Virus record (IMG/VR): IMGVR_UViG_3300038463_000730
Location: 310,001-374,000 of that record
Length of the DNA stretch: 64,000 bases
Strand: one strand, 5' to 3'
The position numbers and the translations under genes were made by a program. Of this stretch, positions 63,693 to 64,000 are shown in pieces; positions within the stretch are counted from its first letter, which is position 1; each line of letters opens with the position of its first letter. The notes beneath the pieces were generated by a model. It saw nothing but the letters and a program-made list of their open reading frames with translations. It had not been told where the DNA came from and did no database searches.

Positions 63693-63768
63693 TGGAGCCC
63701 AGGGTTGGATTTGAACCAACGACCTTCCGATTAAAACCGGCTGCTCTAACAGACTGAGCTACCCGGGC
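63693..63768 (-). tRNA. tRNA-Lys(TTT)-like with shortened anticodon loop
   Basis: GCCCGGG/CCTGGGC acceptor, encoded CCA; anticodon arm GCCGG-TTTTAA-TCGGA (6-nt loop). Confidence 0.65.
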
Positions 63769-63867
63769 CAATAATGAAACTATGAATTGAAGGTCAACGA
63801 TCGACCTCCGCGTGAAGTCTGCACCTGGGTGCATCGTACCGATCGTAAGTAGGAAACCGTTAACCAG

Positions 63868-63945
63868 TGGGGAGTGCTGCTTTCGAGACAGCGACCACTC
63901 CGGGTCGAAACCTTTCGTTGCTCTACCATTCTGAGCTAACTCCCC
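63868..63945 (-). ncRNA. tRNA-like RNA without a canonical anticodon arm
   Basis: Perfect GGGGAGT/ACTCCCC acceptor and GCTC/GAGC D arm; anticodon region ACGAAAGGTTTCGACCCG; T loop CTCGAAA. Confidence 0.55.
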
Positions 63946-64000
63946 GTAAACTACAACTCGACAAACGTAACTTGTTCATATCTGAACAATGAATCGACCG

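Noticed and set aside
1-64000. CRISPR array or stop-codon recoding
   Set aside because: No regularly spaced direct repeats found; long enzymes are intact under code 11 and end at TAA, TAG and TGA

Overview
The window looks like part of a large (jumbo-type) dsDNA bacteriophage genome. This is inferred from dense, mostly minus-strand small ORFs, dispersed tRNAs, many HNH endonucleases and paralog arrays; no capsid, terminase or rRNA genes are present, and standard genetic code 11 fits all long ORFs. Recognisable enzymes: a MoxR AAA+/vWA-metallopeptidase pair, a PARP1-like WGR-HD-ART poly(ADP-ribose) polymerase, an ADP-ribosylglycohydrolase, NAD-dependent DNA ligase, ClpP, four Nudix domains, NAMPT plus NadM-Nudix (NAD+ salvage, NARP2-like), a PNKP-like kinase/phosphatase, a Pol-beta-type nucleotidyltransferase, an RlmN-like radical SAM enzyme and a metallophosphoesterase. 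There are 15 essentially canonical tRNAs and several tRNA-like genes with remodelled anticodon arms. The most striking unexplained elements are non-coding: (1) a free-standing, terminator-ended, ~1.6 kb tetraloop-rich RNA gene (about 44872-46505, minus strand) that matches no RNA class I can recognise; (2) two tandem ~180-nt circularly permuted tRNA-like RNAs (Y-RNA/YrlA-like topology) after a conserved unknown gene; (3) a tRNA-Ile gene split by an HNH cassette that carries a replacement tRNA-Ile. A GATATAT promoter-like motif and a shared C-terminal helix motif on many unrelated small proteins are also evident. All calls come from reading motifs by eye; no database searches were run.
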